Under the pieces are notes generated by a model that worked only from the letters and a program-made list of their open reading frames with translations, did not search any database and had not been told where the DNA came from. The translations under genes were made by a program, and so were the position numbers. Positions 39,147-48,834 of a DNA stretch of 64,000 bases are shown here, piece after piece. Source of the DNA: Chloroflexota bacterium (GTDB lineage Bacteria > Chloroflexota > UBA11872); assembly GCA_022824865.1 (NCBI GenBank), contig JAJDZD010000069.1, positions 495 through 64,494 of the forward strand. The letters run 5' to 3'. The number at the start of each line of letters is the position of its first letter. The stretch's first letter is position 1.

Positions 39147-40508
39147 CTACGCCTCGGCCCGCAGCCGGCGCTCCAGCGCTCCGGCTGTCCGCTTCAGCTT
39201 GTCGCTGACCGTGACCTGATACGGCCGCTCGGCCGGAGCCAGGCCGGTCACGCGTTGCGGTAGCTCAGCGAGCGACTGCTTGGCATGTCGCCGAATTGCC
39301 TTCAGGTTGGGCTGTGTGCCGTCGAGCCGCTGGCCGCCGGTCATCACCGGCTGGAGCAGCGGCCGGCCGTCGAGCGGCTCGTCCGCAGCCGCGAGAACAT
39401 CCCGCACCGCCAGGCCGTTCTCGAACTGCCGGAACACCTGTTTGCGCCCCGGCCAGGTGCGCTTGGAGGCGGCCAACTTCATTCGTCCCTGCCCCGCGTA
39501 TTCCGCCATCTTGTAGGCCGTGTCCAGGTAAGGCGCGTCCGTGGACACGGCCAGCGCCGTGCCGACGCCGTACCCGTCGATCGGCGCCCCGGCGTCGACC
39601 AACGCCGCGATCCTCTCCGCGTCCAGATCGCCGCTAACGATGATGCGGACCGAAGCCAGGCCTGCCCCGTCCAGCATCTCCCGCGCCATGCGCGCGCTGG
39701 CCTCCAGGTCGCCTGAATCGATGCGAATGGCGGCCACGTCGAAGTCGTTGCCCTGTCGCTCCGCCAGGTCGATGACTAGACCCACGCCCCGGCGAATGTC
39801 GTACGTGTCAACCAGCAGCGTGGTCCCGTGGTGTGTGGTCGCAAATGAGGCCAGCGCGTCCGACTCGCGCTCGTGCGCCTGGATGTAGCTATGCGCCATC
39901 GTGCCGCTGACCGGCACGCCGAACCGCCGCCCGGCTGCCACGTTCGATGTTCCGGCCATGCCCGCGATATAGGCCGCGCGCGCCGTATCCACGCCGGCTG
40001 CGGCCCCCTGCGTGTGTCGAGTCCCAAAGTCCACCACCGGGGTTACCTCGGCGGCTGTCGCCAGCCGGTACGCGGCGGACGCGGCCATCGTCTGGTGGTG
40101 GATCGCGCTGAGCAGGTAGGTCTCCACGATTTGTGCCTCGGGCAGCGCGGCGGTCACCTCGAGGATCGGCTCGTTGCCAAACACCGGCGTACCTTCCGGC
40201 ACGGCGCGCACCTCTCCCTGGAACCTGAGCCGCTCCAGCCGGTCCAGGAAGTCCATGGAGAATCGATTGAGCGAGGCCAGGTACTCCAGATCCGCCGCCG
40301 TGACCGCCATGCCTTCCAGGTAGTCCAGCGCCGCTTCCAGCCCACAGGCGATCAGCAGATTGCGATTTGGCGGCAACCGGCGGCAGATCAGGTCAAAGGT
40401 TGCCGTCTCGGTCAGCCCGTGCTCCCAGTACGCCTGCATCATGCTTAGCTGATACAGGTCGGTCAGCAGCGCGTCCGCGGGCACGGAGTCGCGCGCCGGG
40501 ACGGTCAT
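39147..40508 (-). CDS. pncB: nicotinate phosphoribosyltransferase
   Basis: 453 aa. NAPRTase N-terminal LTDLYQLSMMQAYWEHG and central FGTRHTQGAAAG blocks. Confidence 0.85.
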   Translation of the reverse strand: MTVPARDSVPADALLTDLYQLSMMQAYWEHGLTETATFDLICRRLPPNRNLLIACGLEAALDYLEGMAVTAADLEYLASLNRFSMDFLDRLERLRFQGEVRAVPEGTPVFGNEPILEVTAALPEAQIVETYLLSAIHHQTMAASAAYRLATAAEVTPVVDFGTRHTQGAAAGVDTARAAYIAGMAGTSNVAAGRRFGVPVSGTMAHSYIQAHERESDALASFATTHHGTTLLVDTYDIRRGVGLVIDLAERQGNDFDVAAIRIDSGDLEASARMAREMLDGAGLASVRIIVSGDLDAERIAALVDAGAPIDGYGVGTALAVSTDAPYLDTAYKMAEYAGQGRMKLAASKRTWPGRKQVFRQFENGLAVRDVLAAADEPLDGRPLLQPVMTGGQRLDGTQPNLKAIRRHAKQSLAELPQRVTGLAPAERPYQVTVSDKLKRTAGALERRLRAEA

Positions 40509-41086
40509 GCGGGCGTGGCGTTCTCCAGGATCGCGCCGGCCTCGCGCATGGCCTCCAGCGCCGCTTCGCCGTCGCCGGGCGCCACGTCCACGGCGCGGAT
40601 GGCGGCCGCAATCACGTGTACCTCAAGCCCCGGGATCTGCGTCGCGTCCAGCACGCTCGCCTTCACGCAATAGTCGGTGGCCAGTCCGCCCACCCACAGC
40701 CGCTCGATGCCTGCCGCGCGCAATTGCTCGGCCAGTTCCCCGCTGTCGAACGCCGAATAGGCCTCGTGGTCGGCTTGGTCGGCCTTGGACACCACCACCG
40801 CGCCCTCGGGCAACTCCAGTTCCGAGTGAAACGCCGCACCCGGCGTATTCTGCACGCAGTGCGGCGGCCACAGTCCGCCCCGGTCCGCAAAGCTCAGGTG
40901 ATCGGGCGGATGCCAGTCGCGCGAGGCGAAGACCTTCGCACCCCCCTGCCGCGCCGACTCGATCCACTCGTTCAGCACCGGAACCACCGCATCCCCCCCA
41001 GCCACGGCCAGCGCCCCGCCCGGGCAAAAGTCGTTCTGCACGTCAACCAGCAGCAGAGCATCGCTGGGTGTCAGCTTGATTGACAT
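40505..41086 (-). CDS. pncA: nicotinamidase/pyrazinamidase (isochorismatase family)
   Basis: ALLLVDVQNDFCPGGAL gives the catalytic Asp. GGLATDYCVKAS gives the catalytic Cys. Stop overlaps the pncB start by 4 nt. Confidence 0.8.
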   Translation of the reverse strand: MSIKLTPSDALLLVDVQNDFCPGGALAVAGGDAVVPVLNEWIESARQGGAKVFASRDWHPPDHLSFADRGGLWPPHCVQNTPGAAFHSELELPEGAVVVSKADQADHEAYSAFDSGELAEQLRAAGIERLWVGGLATDYCVKASVLDATQIPGLEVHVIAAAIRAVDVAPGDGEAALEAMREAGAILENATPA

Positions 41087-41170
41087 AAGTCACTTCGACT
41101 GTGGGCTGACGCGGGCGTTGGCGTGTCACTCGCCAAAGCTGGAGGTCGAAGCGGACGGCGCGTCGGAATC

Positions 41171-41243
41171 GGCTGGGGTAGATGGATTCGAACCACCGCT
41201 TCACGGTCCAGAGCCGCGCGTCCTACCACTAGACGATACCCCA
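41171..41243 (-). tRNA. tRNA-Gln (anticodon CTG)
   Basis: Reverse complement TGGGGTATCGTCTAGTGGTAGGACGCGCGGCTCTGGACCGTGAAGCGGTGGTTCGAATCCATCTACCCCAGCC. Anticodon loop CTCTGGA. Confidence 0.85.
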
Positions 41244-41377
41244 AGAACTGGCCGTCCCCGGCCGGATTCAACCCTACCACCCAATCCGGGAACGGCCTTA
41301 TCGAGGCCAACGCGCACGTCACGTCACTTCCTGCAGTCCGACTGGCCGCAAGCGAGCCCAAGTCCCGATAATCGCGT

Positions 41378-42136
41378 ATGGGTACGACCGCCGAACCCGC
41401 ACGTCCGCTTAGCGGCCCCTACGACACGGTCTTCGTCGACATCGGCGAAACCGTGGTCCACATCCACCCGCCCTTCCTCGAAACCGTCCTTGCCATTGCC
41501 GCCGACTTCGGCGTCACGCATCCGCCCAGCACCTTCGAACAACGAGCCGCCCAAATCTGGCGCCAGGACGTCAAAGCCAGCCGCTCCCGTGGCCACTCCA
41601 TCACCACTTCAGCCTCGTCCCGCTACTGGCACACCCACTACGCCCGCTTGGGTGAAGCGCTGGGACTCTCCGACCCTCGCGACTTCAGCCGCGCCCTCTA
41701 CCAGCGCTTCAGCTCCTTCGAGGCCTACCAACCCATGCCCGGGGCCATCGACGCCCTGCGAGTCCTCAACCGCCTGGGCCTGCGCGTCGTGGCCGCCTCC
41801 AACTGGGAAGGCTGGCTCGGTCGGCTGCTGGTCGTGCTCGATCTTGAGAAGTTCTTCGCCGCCCAGGTCGTCAGTGCCGACATCGGGGTCGAGAAACCCG
41901 ACCGCCTCTTCTTCGAACGCGGACTAGCCATTGCCGGGACCGAACCTAACCGCGTGCTGCACGTCGGCGATGGATTCGATTCAGACGTGAAGGGCGCACT
42001 GGGTGCCGGCATTGACGCCGTATGGGTAAACCCATCCCTGCCCCGTGACGCTCCCGTTCCGGTCATCGCCTCCATTGCCGAGCTTCCCGACCTGGTCCGG
42101 CCCCACGTCGCGCCCCCACCGTGGTCACTGCCGTAA
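41378..42136 (+). CDS. HAD-superfamily hydrolase (haloacid dehalogenase-like phosphatase)
   Basis: VFVDIGETV is motif I DxGxT. VGDGFDSDVKGALGAG is motif IV. Confidence 0.75.
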   Translation: MGTTAEPARPLSGPYDTVFVDIGETVVHIHPPFLETVLAIAADFGVTHPPSTFEQRAAQIWRQDVKASRSRGHSITTSASSRYWHTHYARLGEALGLSDPRDFSRALYQRFSSFEAYQPMPGAIDALRVLNRLGLRVVAASNWEGWLGRLLVVLDLEKFFAAQVVSADIGVEKPDRLFFERGLAIAGTEPNRVLHVGDGFDSDVKGALGAGIDAVWVNPSLPRDAPVPVIASIAELPDLVRPHVAPPPWSLP

Positions 42137-42173
42137 TCTCTGCAATCGTCCGGCTGTTTGCCGCGAGAGATCC

Positions 42174-42719
42174 ATGAACCTCAAGTGGGACGTCATCGCC
42201 TCCCGCCTGGCCTGGCGCGGTCGCTTTCCCGTGGTGATCGACCGTCTGCGGGCCCGCGAAGACGGCCGCGAGATGGACTACACCTACCTTAAGCTCAGCG
42301 GCGGCGCCGTCACCGTGCTAGGGCTGGACGACGACAACCGGGCCATCTGCGTACGCCAGTACCGGCATCCCACCGGCCAGGTCATGCTTGAACTCCCCGC
42401 TGGCCATGTAGACCGTGGCGAGACGCCCGCCGCCTGCGCCCACCGCGAGTTCGAGGAAGAAACCGGCCTGCGCATCGGCGCCCTGCAATCTCTTGGCTCC
42501 TTCGTGCCCGTCCCTGCCCTCAGCGGCTTTCGCATGCACATGTTCATTGGCCGCAACCTGTCTCAGGGCGAGGCTGCGCTGGACGAGTCTGAAATCCTGG
42601 AAGTCGTCCGCGTCCCCATTGGCGAACTGCGCGAGCGGATCCTGACCGACCACTACGACCACGCCGGCATGATCAGTACCGTGCTCATTGCCTCGCAGCT
42701 CGGTCTCCTACCCGAGTGA
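42174..42719 (+). CDS. NUDIX hydrolase
   Basis: GHVDRGETPAACAHREFEEETGL matches the Nudix box GX5EX7REUXEEXGU. Start at ATG 42174. Confidence 0.8.
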   Translation: MNLKWDVIASRLAWRGRFPVVIDRLRAREDGREMDYTYLKLSGGAVTVLGLDDDNRAICVRQYRHPTGQVMLELPAGHVDRGETPAACAHREFEEETGLRIGALQSLGSFVPVPALSGFRMHMFIGRNLSQGEAALDESEILEVVRVPIGELRERILTDHYDHAGMISTVLIASQLGLLPE

Positions 42720-43519
42720 TTACCCGCGCGCTCGTCAATCCTGGGCCAAATGGCGCCGTGCGCCACGCGGCGTACGCGAATGCGCTTGGCGAGGATCGTG
42801 TGGCATGGCTGACCGCCGACGTCTCGCTCTCCGACCACGTTGTCGTGGACCTCGACGACCCCGATGCTCTCCACTCGGACCAGCGCGACCTCCTGCTGGC
42901 GTCTGAAGCGCTGATCGTCGCGGGAGCGCCTATCTCGCGACCAAATGGTGCCCGCGGGATCCTGGCCGCCTGGCCAGACTTGATCAGCGGACCCGTCGCG
43001 GCAATGTCGGCAGATTCCGAATCACTCGGTCCGCGCACAATGACTAAGTCCATCGTGGTCGCCGAGTCGCCTGGCCTCGGTCCGCCGGCCTGGCGGGCCG
43101 TCTTGGCCCTTACGGCAATGGGGGGACGCCTCACACGGATCGCCGCCCGGCGACAGCCAGAAAACGCGGTGTTTCGCGCGGTCTACGGGGTCGGACGCTT
43201 TAGTGACGACTCAATTGCCTACGTCGAAGCCGTCGCCGGAGCGCCCGCGGGCGCCGACCTTCGTTTCTACGAGGCCCTCGGCCGTGGCGGAATCCGCGAG
43301 TACGACTCACGCCTCGACGTCAATCGGGTCATTAGCCGAGGAAACGCCACGCCGCTGCCCGCCATGGATATCCATCCCTACAGTCGGTTTGTTGCCGATC
43401 TCTGTCGCACCGGTCAGCCCGGTCCGCCGGCTGAACTGGATTCCGTGCTGACCGATGCCCACGCCGCCTACCGCGCGCTCGTTCACGCCTGCGATTCCGA
43501 AACGGCGGTGACCGTATGA
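42716..43519 (+). CDS. hypothetical protein, no recognisable family; translationally coupled to both neighbours
   Basis: 267 aa of normal composition. GTG start overlaps the NUDIX stop (GTGA). Its stop overlaps the next ATG (ATGA). Confidence 0.5.
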   Translation: MITRALVNPGPNGAVRHAAYANALGEDRVAWLTADVSLSDHVVVDLDDPDALHSDQRDLLLASEALIVAGAPISRPNGARGILAAWPDLISGPVAAMSADSESLGPRTMTKSIVVAESPGLGPPAWRAVLALTAMGGRLTRIAARRQPENAVFRAVYGVGRFSDDSIAYVEAVAGAPAGADLRFYEALGRGGIREYDSRLDVNRVISRGNATPLPAMDIHPYSRFVADLCRTGQPGPPAELDSVLTDAHAAYRALVHACDSETAVTV

Positions 43520-44559
43520 GCGCGCCCGTCCGCATCGCCGCGGTGAGCTTCGAGCACGGCCACCAGTACTCCTACCTGCGAGCCATGCTTGATCTGCCCG
43601 GCATCGAGTTGGCCGCAGTATCGGAGCCCGATCCGGAGCTTCGCGCACAGGCCGAGCGCCTACTTTCCGAAGGCAACGCGGGCGACTCCGTACGGATCCA
43701 CGCAAGCCACTCGGAAGTCTTCGTGGCCGACGACATCGACGCCGTCAGCATCTGCTCCGCCAACGTCACGCACTGCGACCTCACCCTGGCCGCCGCCGAG
43801 GCGGGCATGCACGTGCTGTGCGAGAAGCCGTTGGCGATCACCCTGGCGGACGCAACCGCCATGGTGCGGGGCTGCGCCGAGCGTGGCGTGACGCTTGCAA
43901 CGGCCTACCCCGTTCGGCATGCCCCTCCCGTTTGGGAAGCCAAGCGCCGCCTTGACAGCGGCGAGCTGGGCGCCATCCGAGCCATGTCGCTCACCAACGT
44001 GCTGGGCGCCAGGCCCAGCGGATGGTTTATCGACCCGGCGCGCTCCGGCGGCGGAGCCATACGCGACCACATCGTGCACGCCACGGATCTGATGCGCTGG
44101 TTCAGCGAGTCCGAAGTCGCACAGATTTATTGCGAGGCCGAGACCTTGGCGCGCGACATCCCGGTCGAGGACACCGGCGCCTTGATCGAGGTCTTCGACT
44201 CCGGCGTCATCGGAACCTGCGACCCAAGCTGGAATCGTCCACCCAACTGGCGCCGGTGGGGCGATGTCAGCGGCCGGATCGTCTGCGATGGCGGCGTCGT
44301 CGAATTCGACATCACCGATTACGTCGTCCGCGTCACCTCGACTGATCCCGAGTCTCCCTACCAGGAGGTCTCCTTCGCCTCCAGCATGAACGTCGGGCTG
44401 CTGCGCGATTTTGCCGGTGCCATCGCCACCGGTCGCCCGCCCTGCGCCGACGGCCGTGACGGCTGGGCCGGCGTCGCCTGCACTGAGGCCGCCTACGCCT
44501 CCGCCCGCCGGCACGAATTCGTCGACGTCCCCCGCTTCCGGGAGTCGCCTCCACGCTGA
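43516..44559 (+). CDS. Gfo/Idh/MocA family oxidoreductase
   Basis: VRIAAVSFEHGHQYSY N-terminal dinucleotide-binding region and a C-terminal GFOR domain. Confidence 0.75.
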   Translation: MSAPVRIAAVSFEHGHQYSYLRAMLDLPGIELAAVSEPDPELRAQAERLLSEGNAGDSVRIHASHSEVFVADDIDAVSICSANVTHCDLTLAAAEAGMHVLCEKPLAITLADATAMVRGCAERGVTLATAYPVRHAPPVWEAKRRLDSGELGAIRAMSLTNVLGARPSGWFIDPARSGGGAIRDHIVHATDLMRWFSESEVAQIYCEAETLARDIPVEDTGALIEVFDSGVIGTCDPSWNRPPNWRRWGDVSGRIVCDGGVVEFDITDYVVRVTSTDPESPYQEVSFASSMNVGLLRDFAGAIATGRPPCADGRDGWAGVACTEAAYASARRHEFVDVPRFRESPPR

Positions 44560-44653
44560 CCGTCCGCCGGCTCGCCCGGCGCCTTCATGGCGGCGAGCCA
44601 GGAGACCGCCCAAGACGTTCGAAGATTTCCGGGACTCTAGCTGCTCGCCTACG

Positions 44654-45514
44654 ATGTCAGACAAGCAGTTGGCAATCAGAGAGCGGGCGGCAATGTCGGA
44701 CCAGGCGTCACAGGAATCCACCTACACCATGGGCTACAGCGACGACTTTCAGCAGTTGCTCGATCGTCGCAGCGTGCATACCCACGCCACGCATCTCCTC
44801 CCGCTACTCAAGCCGGGCCAGCGCGTGCTGGACTTCGGCTGCGGCCCGGGCACGCTCTCGGTCGGTCTCGCCGAGGCGGTCGAGCCCGGCGAGCTTCACG
44901 GCATCGATATCGAAGCCTCCCAGATTGAGCTTGCCCGCGCCGCCGCCGAGGCCGGCGGACACGCCAACGCCACGTTTCACGTCGGCGACATAACCGACCT
45001 GCCGTTCGACGACGACTCCTTCGATATCGCCCACTGCCACGCCGTACTCATGCACGTGCCGGACACCCAGGCGGCGCTGGCCGAGGTCAAGCGGGTCCTG
45101 AAGCCCGGCGGCCTCATTGCCAGTCGTGAATCGTCGATCTTGTCCTCATTCCTGCATCCCGGCGAAGAAGAGTCCGTCCACGCCTGGACCACCTTCGCGA
45201 GGCTCCTGGCCGGGAACGGCGGCCATCCCGAAATGGGACGGGAGCTCAAGACCCATCTGATGGAGGCCGGGTTTTCGAACATCCAGGCGTCCGGCTCATT
45301 CGACTACTTCGGCGCCACCGAAGACGTGGCCTTCTTCCATGGCTTCATCAACGACTGGTTCTTCTCGCCCAAGGTCACCGCGGTCATTGTGGAGTTCGGT
45401 CTGGCCAGCCAGCAGATGCTCGATGAGTGGCGGGCGCGAATCGACGACTGGAAAGACGACCCAGGCGCGGTGGGCGCCATCGCCTTCGGCGAGGCCGTCG
45501 CGTTCAAGCCCTGA
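44654..45514 (+). CDS. class I SAM-dependent methyltransferase (type 11-like)
   Basis: VLDFGCGPG is motif I. DIAHCHAVLMHV is a post-I motif. I chose ATG 44654. The track ORF starts at 44411 in a Pro/Ala-rich leader. Confidence 0.75.
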   Translation: MSDKQLAIRERAAMSDQASQESTYTMGYSDDFQQLLDRRSVHTHATHLLPLLKPGQRVLDFGCGPGTLSVGLAEAVEPGELHGIDIEASQIELARAAAEAGGHANATFHVGDITDLPFDDDSFDIAHCHAVLMHVPDTQAALAEVKRVLKPGGLIASRESSILSSFLHPGEEESVHAWTTFARLLAGNGGHPEMGRELKTHLMEAGFSNIQASGSFDYFGATEDVAFFHGFINDWFFSPKVTAVIVEFGLASQQMLDEWRARIDDWKDDPGAVGAIAFGEAVAFKP

Positions 45515-45689
45515 GGGCGAATCCTGGGCGGGCGGCGTCGAAGCGCACCGTGACCTCACGGCGGCTGTGCGTCGGACCCTCGGTGCGAAAAGCGAAAGCC
45601 GTACAACCCGGGAACCGCGCTGGCCGTGTTTCCTCCGGTGGCCCGCTGTCGATCAGGCTGGCGGCGAGATGACAGCTTAGACTGGTCGT

Positions 45690-46184
45690 ATGGGCACTCA
45701 GGTTGGCGCACAGGTTCTCCGCGCCCGCTCGCCGCTGGTCCTGGCGGTGGCTGTCGGGCTGCTTACGGCCGCTGTGTTTGGCCTCAGCGTTGGCGTCATC
45801 ACCGGCGCCATCGACACGCCGATCTTCGAGCGGGCCACACCGGCCTATGCCATTGACTACCCCATCTGGGGCCTAAACGCTCTTCTGGTCGGCGCGCTGG
45901 CGGGGGTGAGCATGTTCGCCATGCGCCAGCGCCGGGACTTCGGCGCCGGCCCAATCTACGCGGGCGGCTTTCTCTCCGCCTTTGCCATTTCCTGCCCGCT
46001 CTGCAACGGACTGTTGGTGGCCGCCTTCGGTACGGGCGCGGCGGCCAACGTCTTTGACCCGGCGCGCCCGTTCATCGGTGCGGCTACGGCCCTGTTCATG
46101 ACCTGCGTGCTCTACCGACGGGTTCGGACCCTGCGCGCTGGCTGTGTCGCCTGCGAGGTTGTGGCCGATCCGTCCGTGCGCTGA
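45690..46184 (+). CDS. hypothetical integral membrane protein (4 TM) with CPLC and CVAC cysteine pairs
   Basis: Four hydrophobic helices. CPLC lies inside TM3 and CVAC at the C-terminus. Confidence 0.5.
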   Translation: MGTQVGAQVLRARSPLVLAVAVGLLTAAVFGLSVGVITGAIDTPIFERATPAYAIDYPIWGLNALLVGALAGVSMFAMRQRRDFGAGPIYAGGFLSAFAISCPLCNGLLVAAFGTGAAANVFDPARPFIGAATALFMTCVLYRRVRTLRAGCVACEVVADPSVR

Positions 46185-46195
46185 GTGACCTGCGC

Positions 46196-47344
46196 CTAGT
46201 AGCGGTCCGGCCAGTAACAGTAGGCGTCGATCGGCGGAAAGAGCACATCCAGCAGTTCGGCATCGCCGGCTGAAATCTCCAGCCCGTGGATGTCTCGCAA
46301 CTCCTCGGCCGACCGATATCCAAACAAGATCTCCGCCAGCTGAGCCGACGGCAGCCGCACCCGGTGCGGGGGTAAATCGCCTCCGAGCGGCAACTCGCCC
46401 GACCCCAGCTCCGTGTCTATCACCAGCCGTGAAGGTCGCTCGCTACCCAAGATTTCAGCCCGCATGCGCGCATGCGGCCCGAGCGCCTGCAAGACCACGT
46501 CCGGCAGGCCAAGTCTGACCATCTGCGACCGGCCGATCGGCCGCTCCGATCGAGCGGTCACGTCCAGGTTTCGCAGATATCTCCCGACGCGACTTGCCGG
46601 ATACACGTGAAACACCAGATTGCCCATCCGACGTCGGACCGCCTCATCCGCCATGGCCCGGATCAATGAGCCCGCCACCCCGCTGCTGCTTGCCTGCGCA
46701 TCCACGATGTCCAGCTGCTGCGCGTCGTGGTCGACCTCATCGCCGATGCAGTAGCCGACGATCTGACCGTGGTCGTCCAGCGCGACCTGCATCCAGGCGT
46801 CCAGTCGGCCGAAATACAGACCCTGGCGTGGACCGAGCCAGCGCTCGGGCTCTCGTACCCGCATGCCGCTGATCCCGCTCGTTTCGCGGTTGTAGAGGCG
46901 GGCGATCGCGGGACGGTCCGCGGGTTCCGCCCCGCGAATCCGGTGCCGGAGGGGCAGGGCTTCGGCGCGACGCGTGGAAATAGTGAAGTTGAACTCCGGC
47001 ATCACGGTGGCGTAGGCCCACCGGTGGTACACATCCGGCACTCCGCCGTACAGCGTCGAGAGTGGCACGCCGCGTGACTCGGCCCGCTGTAGCACCGTCT
47101 CCAGCATGAAGCGCATGTGGCCGCGCAGCTGGTGTGCGTCGTCGGTGTGCACGCCAACAACGCCCGCGCAATCGAGCGTTACGCCCCGCAGTCGGTGTCC
47201 GACCGTGAACGTCTGCATCCAGCTGACCAGTTCGCCGTCGACCTCGACTCGAACGCGCTCCCACGGCGGCCCGAGTTCGTGCGGGAGAAACTGAATCGTG
47301 CGGTCGTACACCGACTCAGGCGGCGGCCAGCTTGGCCAGACCAA
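46196..47344 (-). CDS. GNAT family acetyltransferase, Eis-like architecture
   Basis: VVGVHTDDAHQLRGHMRFMLE...YGGVPDVYHRWAYATVMPEFNFTISTRR parallels the Eis GNAT core pattern. The C-terminal region looks SCP-like. The N-terminal part is atypical. Overlaps the gltX 5' end by 29 nt, so the start is uncertain. Confidence 0.5.
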   Translation of the reverse strand: MVWPSWPPPESVYDRTIQFLPHELGPPWERVRVEVDGELVSWMQTFTVGHRLRGVTLDCAGVVGVHTDDAHQLRGHMRFMLETVLQRAESRGVPLSTLYGGVPDVYHRWAYATVMPEFNFTISTRRAEALPLRHRIRGAEPADRPAIARLYNRETSGISGMRVREPERWLGPRQGLYFGRLDAWMQVALDDHGQIVGYCIGDEVDHDAQQLDIVDAQASSSGVAGSLIRAMADEAVRRRMGNLVFHVYPASRVGRYLRNLDVTARSERPIGRSQMVRLGLPDVVLQALGPHARMRAEILGSERPSRLVIDTELGSGELPLGGDLPPHRVRLPSAQLAEILFGYRSAEELRDIHGLEISAGDAELLDVLFPPIDAYCYWPDRY

Positions 47345-48785
47345 TCAGCGCGCGCCGCAGCCGATCCCGGCAACGCCGGCGCCCCAGAACCTCCATCGTG
47401 GCAAACAGCGGCGGCGTGGCCCGGCGGCCTGTGACGGCAATACGCACCGGCATGAACAGGTCGCCGGCCTTCCAGTCCAGGTCGGCGGCCAGCGCGCGCA
47501 TCGCGGCTTCCAGCGTCGGGTCGTCAAACGGTTCGGTCGCCTCAACCAATGCCGCTACTCGCTCCAGCGCCGAGGCTGTCTCAGCCGCGGAGTGTCGCCT
47601 GAACCTGACTTGCCCCATGTCCGGATCGAGATCTTCGTCAAAGAAGAAGTCCATCAACTCGGCTGTTCGGTTCAGGTGCGACAGGCGCTCGTACTCCAAT
47701 TCCAGCGCCTCCTTGAAGTACGGGCGCTGGTCGGAGCTTAGGTCCAGGCCGCCCGCGACCGCATACGGCCATGCCCGCTCGGCCAACTCCTGCAGGTCCA
47801 GCCGTCGAATCCACACCCCGTTGAAGTGGTCCAACCGCTGCGGGTCGAACACGGCGTCGGCGCGGTTCACGCGCTCCAGCCGGAACTCCTGCACCAGCTC
47901 GTCCAGGCTGAAGATCTCGCGTTCGTCCCCCGGCGCCCAGCCCAGGAAAACCAGGAAGTTAACCAGCGCTTCCGGCAAGTAGCCGTGCGTTCGGTATTCC
48001 CCGACCCACTGCGCGCCGTCCCGGCTCGAGAACTTCTGCCGGCGTCGATTGACCACCAACGGCAGATGCGCAAAGGCGGGTGGCGTCCAGCCGAGCGCTT
48101 CGTATAAGAGCACCTGCCGAAACGTGTTGGACACGTGATCTTTCCCGCGCACCACGTGGCTGATCCGCATGTGCTCGTCATCGACCACGACGGCCATGTT
48201 GTAAAGCGCTGACCCATCGCCGCGCGCAATCACAAAATCGTCGACTTCGTCGGGACCAGCGCGGATGGTTCCGAGGACGATGTCGTCGAACCGAACTGGC
48301 TTCGGGTCGGTCCGAAACCGCACGGCCGGAACGACGCCCGCTGCCTTACGCTCGGCGATCTCGGCAGACGTGAAGTGGCGGCCCAAGCCGGAGTATCGTT
48401 GCGGTCGCCCCTCCGCCCGTTGCTCCTCGCGCTCGGCGGCGCGCTCGTCCGCTGTCGTGTAGTCGTAGTAGGCCCGCTCGGTAGCCAGCAGGTGCTGCAC
48501 GGCGTCCCCGTGGATGTCCTGCCGCTCACTCTGCCGATAGGGTCCGAACGGTCCGCCGACGTTTGGGCCTTCGTCCCAGTCCAGGCCCAGCCAGCGAAGT
48601 CCCTCGTAGATTCCCTCTTCGTGTGACGCGTCGCTGCGCTGGGCGTCGGTGTCCTCAACGCGAAGGATGAAGGCGCCGCCCACGCGGCGGGCCATCAGGT
48701 AGTTGCACAACGCCGTGCGCGCGTTCCCCACGTGCAGGTCGCCCGTGGGGCTTGGCGCCATGCGTACACGGATTGGCTGAGTCAT
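47316..48785 (-). CDS. gltX: glutamate--tRNA ligase
   Basis: RMAPSPTGDLHVGNARTALCNY is the HIGH region. Class I GluRS domain order. 489 aa. Confidence 0.9.
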   Translation of the reverse strand: MTQPIRVRMAPSPTGDLHVGNARTALCNYLMARRVGGAFILRVEDTDAQRSDASHEEGIYEGLRWLGLDWDEGPNVGGPFGPYRQSERQDIHGDAVQHLLATERAYYDYTTADERAAEREEQRAEGRPQRYSGLGRHFTSAEIAERKAAGVVPAVRFRTDPKPVRFDDIVLGTIRAGPDEVDDFVIARGDGSALYNMAVVVDDEHMRISHVVRGKDHVSNTFRQVLLYEALGWTPPAFAHLPLVVNRRRQKFSSRDGAQWVGEYRTHGYLPEALVNFLVFLGWAPGDEREIFSLDELVQEFRLERVNRADAVFDPQRLDHFNGVWIRRLDLQELAERAWPYAVAGGLDLSSDQRPYFKEALELEYERLSHLNRTAELMDFFFDEDLDPDMGQVRFRRHSAAETASALERVAALVEATEPFDDPTLEAAMRALAADLDWKAGDLFMPVRIAVTGRRATPPLFATMEVLGRRRCRDRLRRALIGLAKLAAA

Positions 48786-48834
48786 GGCGCGCAGTATCTC
48801 ACCGGTAGCCGCGGCATTGGCCGCGATGGACGGC

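Noticed and set aside
43660-44721. 353 aa minus-strand ORF antisense to the fourth GFOR gene
   Set aside because: Gly/Ala/Asp-rich shadow ORF.
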